Of a DNA stretch of 64,000 bases, positions 11,794 to 24,890 are shown one piece after another. The DNA lies in assembly GCA_951406725.2 (NCBI GenBank), contig OX597814.1:26040001-26104000 (forward strand), in the 5' to 3' direction. Below the pieces are notes generated by a model. It did no database searches, was not told the origin of the DNA, and worked only from the letters and a program-made list of their open reading frames with translations. The position numbers and the translations under genes are program-made. Source of the stretch: Octopus vulgaris (Eukaryota). Numbering within the stretch: the stretch's first letter is position 1; each line of letters opens with the position of its first letter.

Positions 11794-12242
11794 ATTTAAA
11801 TTTTTCAATTTTATATTTTATATATTTTCTATATTATATTTTTATTTTTATGTTTTTGTTTTTTTACTGTTTCATTTGCCTATTAGTGGTTTTATCTCTA
11901 ATTTAATTTATACATATATATCATCATCATCATCATCATCATTTAATGTCCGTTTTCCATGCTAGCATGGGTTGGACGGTTTAACTGGGGTCTGTGAAGA
12001 TTTGGCTGGGCCTGATGAAGCCTTCCGGCTTCACAGACCCCAGTTAAACTGTCCAACCCATGCTAGCATGGAAAACGGACATTAAATGATGATGATGATG
12101 ATGATGATATATATATGTATAAATTAAATTAGAGATAAAACCACTAATAGGCAAATGAAACAGTAAAAAACCAAAAACAAAAACATAAAAATAAAAATAT
12201 AATATAGAAAATATATAAAATATAAAATTGAAAAATTTAAAT
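11794..12242. repeat. Long inverted repeat, ~206-214 bp arms, 29 nt loop
   Basis: 11794-11999 is the reverse complement of 12029-12242; each arm comprises an RTE tail, (CAT)7 and a PLE-like terminus. Confidence 0.95.
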
Positions 12243-12272
12243 AATATATATAAATTGTATATATAATGCGTT

Positions 12273-12304
<32 letters not shown>

Positions 12305-12559
12305 ATATGTGCATTATGTGGTTGGTCGATTCAGCTGAAAATATGCACACCTATGTTAAAAGTGCTGGCAAGTTTGCATGACAACTATTTTTTTCCTCAA
12401 ATGAAAGGCTTGACCTGTAGGACAAAATTCCTCATCTTATAAAATGTGGCCCCAGTAGACTCGAATGAAATCAGGTTATATTAACCAAAATGTGAAAAGG
12501 GGTCTAAATGGGGCTGGAAGGGATTAAAATTTAAAGGAGCGAGTGTTTAGGAATTCTCT

Positions 12560-12830
12560 GTTACATCAAGCTAAAAAATTTGCGCCAGCCTTTTAATCGT
12601 CAATGTGTTGCCGTCCATGATGAAAAAGTTTTGAATGCTTGCCATGGTGAGTCTACTGTCGTGAGAAAGAATCACTTCAAAACTTGGTGTTTACGAATTT
12701 TCTTTTACATCAAGTTCAAAATTTTACGCCAGCCGTTAAACTGTCAATACGTTGTTGTCCGTCGTTAAGAAATGCCAGCCATGGTGACTCTACAATCCTC
12801 AGATTCTATCCCTTCAAACTTTGGTTTCCA
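12560..12830. repeat. Diverged tandem duplication, ~145 bp x2
   Basis: TTACATCAAG...CGCCAGCC...GCCATGGTGA occurs twice. Confidence 0.75.
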
Positions 12831-13117
12831 ATATTTTATTATTTTTATTCAGCTTGCAAGTTCGTCTGTCCCTTTTAAATGTTAGCGTTTTGCTGTCTGC
12901 CTTGAAGCAGACCTTTCTGTTGCCACTGCCTGATATTTATGACTGATCTTTCTAAATATTTTATTTCTCAACTTACTCAAGATCTTTTGTTGTTTATAAA
13001 TGGGAGAGAGATAGATAAAGATAGAGAGTAAGAGAAAGCGAGGGAGAGTCCGAGAGAAAAGAAAAGTAAGAGAGTGGGAAAGTGAGAGAGAAAGGAGAGA
13101 GAAACAAAGAGGGAGAA

Positions 13118-13427
13118 TCATCATCATCATCATCGTTTAACGTCCGTTTTCCATGCTAGCACGCATTGGACAGTTTGACCGGGGTCTGAGAAGCCAGGAG
13201 GCTGCACCAGGCTCCAGTCTGATCTGGTAGTGTTTCTACAGGTGGATGACCTTCCTAACGCCAACCACTCTGTGAGTGTAGTGGGTGCTTTTTTCATGCC
13301 GCTGGCACAGGTGCCAGGGGGGCTCGCAGCGGCAATGATCGGTTGGTGCTTTTTACGTGCCACCGGCACACAAGCCAATCAAGGCGGCGCTGCAATCGGC
13401 CACGTTCGGATGGTGCTTTTTACGTGC
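13118..13427 (-). mobile_element. RTE 3' UTR fragment
   Basis: (CAT)n plus the conserved tail motifs and UTR units. Confidence 0.9.
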
Positions 13428-16400
13428 TGAAAGGAAGCAACAGAAAGTAACAACCACACTCTTACCCGCACGTAGAGCAGGTCACCTTCAGCTAGTATAT
13501 ATATATATATACGCACACACACACACACCAAATGTTATGCAACCAAATAAAAATGAGCTGCACAAGTTTTACTCATTTTCTTTGGAGAGGATAATTGGGG
13601 TTGCATCATCGAAATATAAATTCAAATTCAAAATCCTCTTACACTATTCTGTTAGTTTACATTACGTTTTGTCAAGCAGGAAATTTTAAAACATTTAGAA
13701 GTGCATCAAAGCAATCTTTTGTATGGTTTGTCCCCGTATTGTCATGTAAACCAAATTTTAAAATCTAATGAACACTAGGAATAGTGGTTTCTGCTGATTC
13801 CACAATTTTGCTACTGCTTTCTATATTGTTTTGAAGTCCTTATTTAAAATCAGATTATATGTAAACATATATCTGTTGAATAAACATAATATATACAACA
13901 CATTACTCATGCACAGATTGTTCTTGTAATATAATTGATGAGTAAGCCACATGAATCTAATCAGTTGTGGAAACAGTGTTTGAAAATGAACTTCTTGGAA
14001 TGTATGTTCTCCAATTTCAAGATAGCTTAGACTTTATTTAGAAAGATTCAGTTTATACAGTTAAGTTGAATAACTTCATATGAGATAGAGTGTTTGCTTG
14101 CCTTTATAAAAGTTGTATTTTAATGATAAACACACAAGTGGAAAAAATATTTCTTCATTAATATAAAACAGTTTCTTTTATGAATATTATCAACCAGTTT
14201 ATCACTTTAATTTTTGTTTAACATGAATTTAAATAATAGTATCCTAAAAGGTTATGTTCAGATGCCAATACTTCAGAAAGAATAAATATTCTTCTGCATC
14301 TCTGCTGTGAGACTGTACCTTGTATGGATTGTTTAATCTTGCAATACTGTGTTCTTCAAGCTTATTTATTTATTTTATTTGTCTAACAATAGGGAATACT
14401 ACACTAAAACTGAGATGAGAGAACACACCATTCTCAATGTAGTGATTTATGATAATTCAGCAATAAACCTTTACTGGCTTCCCCCTCCTTTTAAACACTA
14501 AATTTCAGAGCTACTGCTTAATCATTCAGGCTAAGCTCAATTCCTCTTACCAAAGGTGAATGCAGCTCTCACCTCAGATTAAACCTTCATGTTGCTCCTT
14601 TAGTAATAATCTCAATAAGGCCATCTGGCAACAATCTCTGCCGAGATCCCTGTAATTTTGTTTCAGTGACTGCTAGCATTGATCTTGGTTGTACAGATTA
14701 ACAGCTTAGTTTTAACATTAGTTTTCTTTGAGTGTCACATTAAATAAATGCAGGACTTGGCAGGCAATAAGATAAAAGACTTGCCTCTATTTGTTTTTGA
14801 CATTGTCTACTTGACTCTGTCAAAAGATGCATCCAGGTAACTTTGCAATGTGCTGCCTTGTAACATTATGATCAAAGAAAATTGATGCCACCTTCATAAA
14901 AAAGCTCTATAGCTCTCTAACTATCCATAATCATGCTTGTAAATCTAATGTCAGGTTTGGCCTTCTCATCCAATTTGACCTTGAAAATTAAAGAAACCAT
15001 TATATCCTTCAAACTGGGAATACTCTAAACTGAAAATGATAGGAGATAACATAACATGTATAGTGAACATGCTTGAATATTGGCAATTAGGATTCTAATT
15101 TAGCTGTTATCTAAAAGTTATCAGGTATTGCAAGATATAATTCAGCCCAATAATCTTAGTGAAACATACAATTTCTGATTTCAAAGTCAATATAATGATT
15201 ATGAAATTTTCTGTCAGAATATCTACTAAGGATATTCACTGACCACCACTAACTTTTACTACTGGCTAAGTCAATCCAAAGATAAGTAAATTTGAAAATC
15301 TTCACGTCCATCACTCAAGGTACTTTACTGCTATAACAGAATATAAAAAGAAGAAAATTGACATCCTATTATGTCCTGATTATTTGTAAAAGTTTAATTG
15401 TGAATAGTCAACATTTCTCTATGACATGGACTATTTCATGTAACTTTGATGTCTAACTTATATATTTCTGGACTAATAAGTGCTAAAGTTACTGAGAAGA
15501 TAAGTGTATGGCTAAAAAAACGCTGTCACCTGCTGTGAAATACTAGAATGTGCTCTCTACGTAGCCTTCAGATTAATTTGCTAAAGGAATATACACAAGT
15601 TTAGATCATGTACATAAACAGTAATTTGTCTATACCTGGAGTGATAGATTTATCAATTTCAGAGTGTATCGAATCACTAACAGACCTGCGCAATACAGTT
15701 TGCTAAGAATCCTGAATAACATAAGCTTTACCATTATGAGGCTGTTAACACTAACGCTATCATATTGAAGCCTATAGAGACACCAAAAAGGAAAAAAAAT
15801 GAATATCACTTCCAAATATAAGACTTTTGAATAAAACATGGGAAAATGTCTATATTAAATGTCAATGTGAAAATGAATTGCTAACTGAAGAGGAAAAATA
15901 TATATATATATATTCAATTTCAAAGAACAAAAACACAAATGGAATAAATGAAGAAAACAAACGTCTCATTATTTGTATGCATACTACCATTTTCTCAAGT
16001 GTCATAGATAGCTTAGCTATGTAAGTTCTTTGATCACTTCACCAATATGTCCACCACAGCAGCAGAAATAAATGAAATCTATCAAGAGCAGAGAAGGTTA
16101 GTGTTGAACAAAATGAAAAGTTATCTGATAAGGTTAAAGATTAAAAAACAAAAAAAATACACATATGAAAAACAATTTGTATTTAGTCAGAAAGTAAGTA
16201 AAAATAAAATATAAATATTAAGAAAATAGAGAATGCAAAAGATAAATTTGAAAGAAGCAGAGTATAGATAAAAGAGAATAGGTAAAGCTGATGTGAAACA
16301 ACTAGATCTGCAAAACAAATTGATAAATTTTCTTCAAAAAATGTTTTCTAGGATATATGCAGAAATTGTTTAAAGAGTTTGTTATTTAAGAACTGATTAA

Positions 16401-18864
16401 ATGACACACTAAAATGAGACTCTTTCATTTAATATGAGAGATAGCAGCATATAATTTCGTTTTTGCTATTTATTAAGAATATTTTGCTAAATAGCTTTCA
16501 CTACCTTCATTTAAGTATGAATTTATTTCTTATTTTTACTCTTTATGTAAGGATTCTTCACCAAAAACAGAAATGCAATCAATTTGTTATTGTTTTATGT
16601 GTAGCATTTTAGCAATTTGCCTTCTACTGTTTGGCCAATTTTCATTTTGTTTTTCATTACCATTTAGCTCAATGATTGCCTTCCAACACATAAGCAGAAC
16701 ATTTTCCTTTAATGAATACACAATATCATTTTTAATGACAATAAAACTTTAAGCATTTGGAAAATATTTTAGCAATTTTAATATTGATAATTTTTTAATG
16801 TATAAAACAGAACCAAAATAAATTAAATTAGTTTAAAAGCATCTAAATTAAAATTTTTAGTCATTTTTAAGGTAACATTTCATTTTCAATTTCAATTTTG
16901 AATCTGAAGCATTTATTTTCCCATGACACAGCCATGTTCAGTATTTGTCATATTGGCCCTCTGGCTGCTAAGATATTCAATACTAAGATAATTCTTGCTA
17001 ATTTTATTTTTCAAAATACCTTTCAATTTTTTTACTTTTTGTTTGTTACTATTTTTCAATTAGTCAGCTGAATATTTCAAAATGTTGACTGATATATTGA
17101 AATATAAACTACCTCGAAGGAATTAGATACATAATATACATTTAAAATGATCAACAAGTAATTCAACATATCCTAATCTTCACTCAAAATGAAGCCATTA
17201 AGAATATTTTTATAAAGTGGATACATCAATTATTTGCAAAATTATTTCTTCTCATTCATATAAAACAAAGAAAATTTTCAGAAATATTTTCTCTCAGAAT
17301 GTTCCCAGTTAAGTTTTTATGCAAAAATATCACTATAGTTTACATAATTGGAAAGACATATTTATCTGTGTTTAAACTATAAGTGCATGCTTCATTCACA
17401 TAATATTTCGAGAAAAATAGTAAAAGATATTTCATATGTAATCTTTGTTAAAAAGTATTATAAACTTTCCTGAAGATTTTGTACACAAATTTCAACAAAC
17501 ACCATGTAAACTTAGTAGATTGGCAGAATGTTAGCAATTTGGATAAAAATGCTTTACAGTAGTCATCTATCATACTTAGTATATATACTCCACTGACAAG
17601 CAAGGTGCTCTGGTTTTTATTCAAAATTATATCTCTTATAGATGTTCTGTGTTAAAAACACAATATATATTAGATGAAAAGTCATTGCAGAGTTTTTATT
17701 CAGCTCATGGCTATTTGCAATATCAGTGAATCCATTATTCACTATTTTTTATATATTGGAGGTGACAAATTTCATCTGAGCTTCAAGTATATGTCACTGA
17801 TAAGACTCAAGAAGGTTTAAATGCATGTGATGTTCTTGCTATCCTCTACTTGGATGATTTTTCATTTCACTCTGATGTATATTTTGTTTTTTAATACAGC
17901 ATATCTATAAGAGATTTTATTTAAGACAAAACATCTGCCAGAGGTACCTTTCCTCCGAAGTAGTGAAGAGTTATGCACACAGGTCTCTCAAGTAATATTC
18001 TATGTTGAAGAAAGCAATTTCATTGTCATTACTGGAATGTACATTGTACATTTAGAATATTTTGTTTAATGCTATCTCACATTTTCATGTTTCACACTAG
18101 AAATATAATGAGTGCAAACTTTAAATTTCATATCTGCTCCTAACTAGAAGTGAATATCAGTACTCACTGATAACACTCTGATAATATATCTTGAAAAGTA
18201 GCATAGCTTTGCCATAAGGAAGAATTTGGCTCAGTCTCTAATGAAAACCCAACATAGGGCTGAAACTGGACCAGCTGAACTCTCATTTTCCGTCCATATA
18301 TAAATGCAGTGTTTGTATTTACCTCTACATAAGGTATTGCCTAAAATCTACAGATATTATGCGGAGTATAGTATTGCACTGAAACAAATTAAATACTGTT
18401 AATGCCTCAGTAATTCATTAATCAAGCTAAGTGCCAATAATGCTTTCATCATCATTATCATCATCATCATTGTCACCATCATCATGTTCCTCACCATCAT
18501 TATCATTTAATGTCCATTTTTTTACACTTGCTTGAGTGGGAGAGAATTTGATAGGGCAGATGTTCCATCCTATCACCAACTATCACCTGCTTCGAAATAA
18601 GGAAATATTTTCCCATAACTAGATATGTTTTTTATGGAAGAGTGGAAACAAATAACCGCATTTGTATGACGGTTCTGCTCATTTACAACAATCATATAAT
18701 GCATAATGTCTTGACAAGGGTACACACAAACACATACAAATACATATATATACAAATATATATATATATGTGATATATGCATACATACATATATATATAT
18801 ATATATACGTACATATAGATATACATACAGGCATACATATATATATATATATACATACACATAT

Positions 18865-18917
<53 letters not shown>

Positions 18918-19039
18918 GGTGTGCATATATACATATACATATGAGTATGTGTTATATGTGTAGGTGTTGATGTGTGTAGATATCTATATACATGTTTAAT
19001 ATATGCATGTGTGTACATCCTCACATATATATTCTTCTA

Positions 19040-19845
19040 CTACTAAGCACTGACCTGTCCTCTAAGCAACCTAACCTATATTCCCAAATTCTTCATTCCA
19101 CCATTTTACTACACCTACCTCCCTCTCTCTGCCCATCCCTTAGGCTCTATCACTACATACCTGACACTCCTTTACTCTTTACCCTCTCATCTCTTTACAC
19201 TTTCATATCTTTCTCTCACTATCACCCTCACCCCCATTCCTTCTACCTGACACTCCTTTACTCTTTAGCCTCTCATCTCTTTGTACTCTCATATCTTTCT
19301 CTCTGTCACCCTTACCTCCCCATTTCTTCTATCAATTTATCCTGACTGGCCACTAACCAGTACACTTTCCCTCTCTTCATTTCTTTATTATCTCTCTCCC
19401 TGCTTTTCTTTGTTTTCTTTTCTTTTTTTCTCTCTTCCTGTCTTTGATTTGACCTTACAAACACATTCCCAACTTTTAAGTCACTTCAAAAATCCCTCAA
19501 TTCAATAATACCATTTACAAAATCAATGCTTGGAATGACCAATTTTAAATACCATTGGAACTTACAGAGAAGGTACAGGAATCTTATATGTATACCATTC
19601 TGCCTAAATAATGGAACTGCAGATACAATATCCCTGAATATCTCACATCTGTTTTCATTCCTCTACTTCACTCTCTATTGCATATCTTATCTAAATTAAC
19701 TATTGCTTAACCATTTTCTCACACCATCTCCGATGAAGGAAAATATAAAATATCCCAGAAACAGCTGTAAGACCTTCTCTTTATAAATGTTCTGAAATCC
19801 TTCACAACCTTGGATTTTCATCTCCATCTGTTATTTTTTTTATAT
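19040..19845 (+). mobile_element. Decayed PLE-like 3' region with hammerhead motif
   Basis: CT-rich tract, then TCT CCGATGA AGGA...TCCCA GAAA CAGCTG TA AGA at 19727-19772. Element boundaries are approximate. Confidence 0.5.
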
Positions 19846-19989
19846 ATACGCATACTGATATATGACCTACGTTGGACTCCTCATTCGCATAATCACTGAA
19901 CCTGGCGCTTAACTATAGTTTGTCCATAGCACTTACTCAGCATTACCTGATGCCTTTGGGTCTTCTTGACACTATTACCTCTCATAACC

Positions 19990-20039
<50 letters not shown>

Positions 20040-20124
20040 TATGTATGTATTATGTGTGTATGTATGTATGCATGTATGTATGTATGTATGTTTGTATGTA
20101 TGTGTGTATATATGTATTCTATAA

Positions 20125-20275
20125 CTGCATATGTTTCTGTTTAACAAACTCAGTCACAAGGCTTTGGTCAGCCCATGGCTATACTAGAAGACACTTGCTC
20201 ACAGTGCTGTGCTGTAGGACTGAACGTAACACCACATGATCGAGAAGCAAGCTTCTTAACCACACAACGACAACT
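20125..20275 (-). mobile_element. CORE-like SINE head fragment
   Basis: CACAAGGCTTTGGTCAGCCC...AGAAGACACTTGC, as in 28801-29213. Confidence 0.75.
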
Positions 20276-20582
20276 GTGCAATTTATACAATTAGTCTGTC
20301 TGATTTACTGAGAAAGTAGAAGATTTTGTAATTAGTGTTTCTGTGGACAATGAAAGAGGGTTTGGGTTCCAGATGAAATCCCAACACAGGATTGAAAGTA
20401 TTCCAGCTGATTCTACTTTTAATATCCATAAATATATTATACATAAAGATATGGTTTTTACATCAATCTATATATAAGAGTGTTGGCTAAAATCTAGAGG
20501 GCTATGCTTTGTAATATAGTATAGCATTATTTTTAATGGGTTGTACAGCAATAATAATGTAAGCTAGAATCATTGTTATTTA

Positions 20583-20616
<34 letters not shown>

Positions 20617-20759
20617 ATGTACATGTGTCTGTATTCTAAAATTATTCTTTTTGCCTGGAGAGGTATGTTCCAATGGGTGTGCAACATCTCCCCTCCCTCT
20701 GTATATCAACACTGTTAAATCATCCCTCTCTCCTGTCTTCCCTCTTGCTCTTTAATAAA

Positions 20760-21760
20760 GAAGAGGGAGACCCAGGAAGACATGGCATGAAACGATGAGG
20801 GTCAATCTCAAGATGTTGGGCCTCATAGAGGATATGACAAGGGACTGAGTTGTTGGGCAATATGAGTTTCTTGAGAAGAACCTCCCACCTCAGCATAACT
20901 GAGTTCTGGAAGTGCTATCTATTCCATCTACATGTAATATTAAATCACACACCCTACCCCCTATGAACCAAACTACATTTCTTCTTAATACACAAGACTT
21001 TTCTCTCCCCTCCCTCTGTATATCAACACTGTTAAATCATCCCTCTCTCCTGTCTTCCCTCTTGCTCTTTAATATACCTGTGTTTCATCACTTGCAGCAT
21101 TCTCCTTTTCCCTCACCTCTCACACTTCTGAACCTTTGTGACCTCCTTATTCATGCACCCTGAACAATCATCTCCCATTCCATTTATATTCACCTCCTTG
21201 TGTCTCGACAGCATGCCTTACACATTGCAACTATCTCTCTCACTCTCCCTTACTTTCACTCTCTCGCACTCTTCTTCTCTCTCACTTTCATTCTCCCTCA
21301 GACTAGGGTAACCGTTTATCCTCTTTACAACAAGACACCTGTTTCTGTTCCTCTATCATAGTTTAAATGCTCATCACCTGGCACAAAGCCACCTCTTTCA
21401 AACCTCTTTCAATACTACACCCACTCTCAATTAAGGGATCTTTGTCTTGCAAGTAATTCGGTGACCTCACTGGTGCTGCTGCCATATAAAAAGCACCCAG
21501 CCCACTCTGTAAAGTGGTAAGCATTAGAAAGGGTATCCAACCATAAAACCATGGCAAAACACCTTGCCAGTGCTGGTGTCACATAAAAAGCACCCAGTCT
21601 ACTCTGTAAAGTGGCTGGAGTTAGAAAGGGTATCCAGCTGCGGAAACTACGCCAAAGCAGACAGTGATGTTTGGTGCAGTCCTCAGGCTTACAAGCTCCT
21701 GTCATACCAACCAGCATGGAAGATGGATGTTAAATGATGATGATGACTATGACGATGCTG
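20760..21760 (+). mobile_element. Old RTE 3' fragment with CT-rich UTR and (GAT)n tail
   Basis: RGRPRKTW-like codons at 20762, CTTGAGAAGA ORF end, and tail motifs at 21480-21750. Confidence 0.75.
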
Positions 21761-21794
21761 ATGATGTTGACATACATATACATAAACATATATG

Positions 21795-22518
<724 letters not shown>

Positions 22519-22922
22519 TTGTATTGCATACACTTATACATCTAATAAATATTTCTGTTCAGCTTAAGTAGGGAAGCAACAGACGACATCATTCACTTCA
22601 CAGCTGAAAAACTCATTAAATATTTTCAATAATCCACTTCATTTTATTTTCATTTTAAAATTTTTCATTGAAGATTTATTAATATCTATTTGCAATACAT
22701 ATTAAGTCATTATCGATATATTTAATATATACTTCAGGTAAGCTCAATCAGTAAAGCATTAGAAATTACATCTCTCTCTTTCTCTCTCTCTTTTTCTCTT
22801 TCTCTCTCTCCCTCCCTGTCTCTTTCTCTCTCCCTTTCTCTTTCTCTCTCCCTTTCTCTCTCTCATCCCTTTCTCTCTCTTGCCCTTTCTCTCTCACATC
22901 CTCTTTCCCTCTCTCTCTCTGC

Positions 22923-23540
22923 ATGTACTCCATCCCATGTAGCTATGGTAGGTCATACAAAGGGGAAACATGCCACCCCCATCAAAATAAGGGTAGAGGA
23001 ACATCACAAAGCTGTGACATGAGGAGATATTGATAAATCAGGTATAGCTGATCATGTATGAAAAAATGGAAACCACCTTCCCTTGTGGAATGAAGATAAA
23101 ATAATAGACATAGAACACCAGTGGAAAATACGAAAACTAAAAGAAACAGTATATATGCTAGGACACAACACCCTCTTAAGCAGACTGAGTGCAGATATTA
23201 ATAGCATATGGAACTAGTATTAAATGAAGGATAGGAAAATATTAGATTTTTAAGCCCTAAAATTCATTCCATAATTGCCCACTGGCATATGGCATAGTAG
23301 TTAAGAGCATGGGCTACTAATCCCAAGATTCCGAGGCATTGACCTGAATAATAATAACAATAAATAATAACATCGAAAAATACCTTAGGAATGAGAACCA
23401 AGGCTCAAAATTTTCCCAAGACACCTGATGAAGGTTGGAAGGTATATCAACTGAAATGTTGCATTAACAAGATGGGGACAAATATCCATCAAATGTAAAT
23501 AATGTACATAATTCCTCATCTCTTAAATATAGAACTGTAT
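22923..23540 (+). mobile_element. Penelope-like element 3' remnant: GIY-YIG endonuclease pseudogene, tRNA-like segment and hammerhead
   Basis: Translates MYSIPCSYGRSYKGETCHP/IKIRVEEH...KSGIADHV*...LWNEDKIIDIEHQWKIRKLKE (one frameshift, two stops). CTGATGA...GAAA core at 23425-23456. Confidence 0.85.
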
Positions 23541-23579
23541 CCCCTACACTTGCCGTTCTCTGCAACACTATCTACTTTT

Positions 23580-23980
23580 CTCTATTCTAGACTCTATCTC
23601 TCCTTTTGCTTCTTTCTTTTCCTACTGAGGTAGCTAAGTATCTCCTCTGTAGTAAGATACCTATCTCCATCCCTCTATTATGCTCTAACCTCTCACCTGA
23701 CACAAAGCAACTTCCTTCTGTTCTACTCCCGCTCCCAGCTGAGAAGTGTTCTTTTCCCAAGTTACTTGACAACCTCACTAGTGTTGGTGCCACATAAAAA
23801 GCACAAGTGCTGGTGTCACATAAAATGCATGCGGTACACTCTGTAAAGTAGTTGGCATTGGGAAGGGCATCCAGCTGTAGAAGCTATGCCAAAGCAGACA
23901 ATAAAGCCTGGTGCAGCTCTCCAGCTTGCGAGCTCCTTTTAAAACATCAAACCCATGCCATCATAGACGACAAATGTTAA

Positions 23981-24056
<76 letters not shown>

Positions 24057-24088
24057 CGACGACGACGACGACAACAACAACGATGATG
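23580..24088 (+). mobile_element. RTE 3' UTR fragment with expanded (GAT)n(GAC)n(AAC)n tail
   Basis: Tail motifs at 23785-23980, followed by a ~105 bp trinucleotide run. Confidence 0.85.
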
Positions 24089-24398
24089 AGAGGGAGATCT
24101 TTTTGTTCACCATTTCTGTGGGCATTAGAGTTCATGGAAGTCCACTACATTTGACCCCAGCCAACTAGTAAGGCTGTTGAGTATCTTCCATCTTCCTAGG
24201 TTTCTTCCTTTCAGTTTCCAATGATTCAACACAAAGTACACATGCAAAATTTTCTCTTTACATATGCAATGTATGGAAGAAGGGGGACTAGGTAAAATTA
24301 GCTTCTTATTGTCAATAAAAATAAAGACTTCAATTTCACATCAACTAAGGTATCACATCTAAGGAAAAGATAAGGAGAGGAAGTAAAATAGTTGGAGT

Positions 24399-24890
24399 CA
24401 TCATCATCATCATCATCATCATCGTTTAACGTCCGTTTTCCGCGCTAGCACGGGTTGGACGGTTCGACCGGGGTCTGGGGAGCCAGGGGCTGCCCCAGGC
24501 TCCAGTCTGGTCTGGCAGTGTTTCTACAGCTGGATGCCCTTCCTAATGCCAACCACTCCGCGAGTGTAGTGGGTGCTTTTTACGTGCCACCTGCACAGGA
24601 GACAGAGGGGTCTGGCATCAGCCACGATCGGTTGGTGCTTTTTTTTTTTTATGTGCTACCGGTACAGAAGCCAGTCAAGGCGGTGCTGGCATCGGCCACG
24701 TTCGGATGGTGCTTTTTATGTGCCACCGGCACAGAAGCCATTCGAGGCAGGGTTGGCATCGGTCACGTTCGGATGGTGCTTTTTATGTGCCACCGGCACA
24801 GAAGCCAGTGGAGGCTGCACTGGCAATGGCCACATTCGGATGGTGCTTTTTATGTGTCACCAGCACAGGTATCACAACTACTGTTTCCAT
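24399..24890 (-). mobile_element. RTE 3' UTR with ~5 tandem ~60 bp units
   Basis: Repeated CGGATGGTGCTTTTTATGTGCCACCGGCAC and a (CAT)n tail. Confidence 0.9.

Larger units (their letters stand above)
11100..13495 (+). mobile_element. Probable non-autonomous Helitron carrying nested insertions
   Basis: Starts TATATATAAAACTGAAATG; ends with the imperfect hairpin ACCCGCACGTAGAGCAGGT ~9 nt before CTAG|T (13492-13496); internal tandem duplications. 5' TC not visible. Confidence 0.6.

Noticed and set aside
12010-12030. CTGATGA in the palindrome loop as a hammerhead core
   Set aside because: No GAAA partner; it is a variant of the RTE tail sequence CTGGTGCAGCC.
16047-16097. Short first-exon candidate MSTTAAEINEIYQEQR with GTTAGT donor
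   Set aside because: No supportable downstream exons.
24600-24875. CRISPR-like repeat/spacer appearance
   Set aside because: Spacers are related to one another, the array lies in a LINE 3' UTR in eukaryotic DNA, and there are no cas genes.
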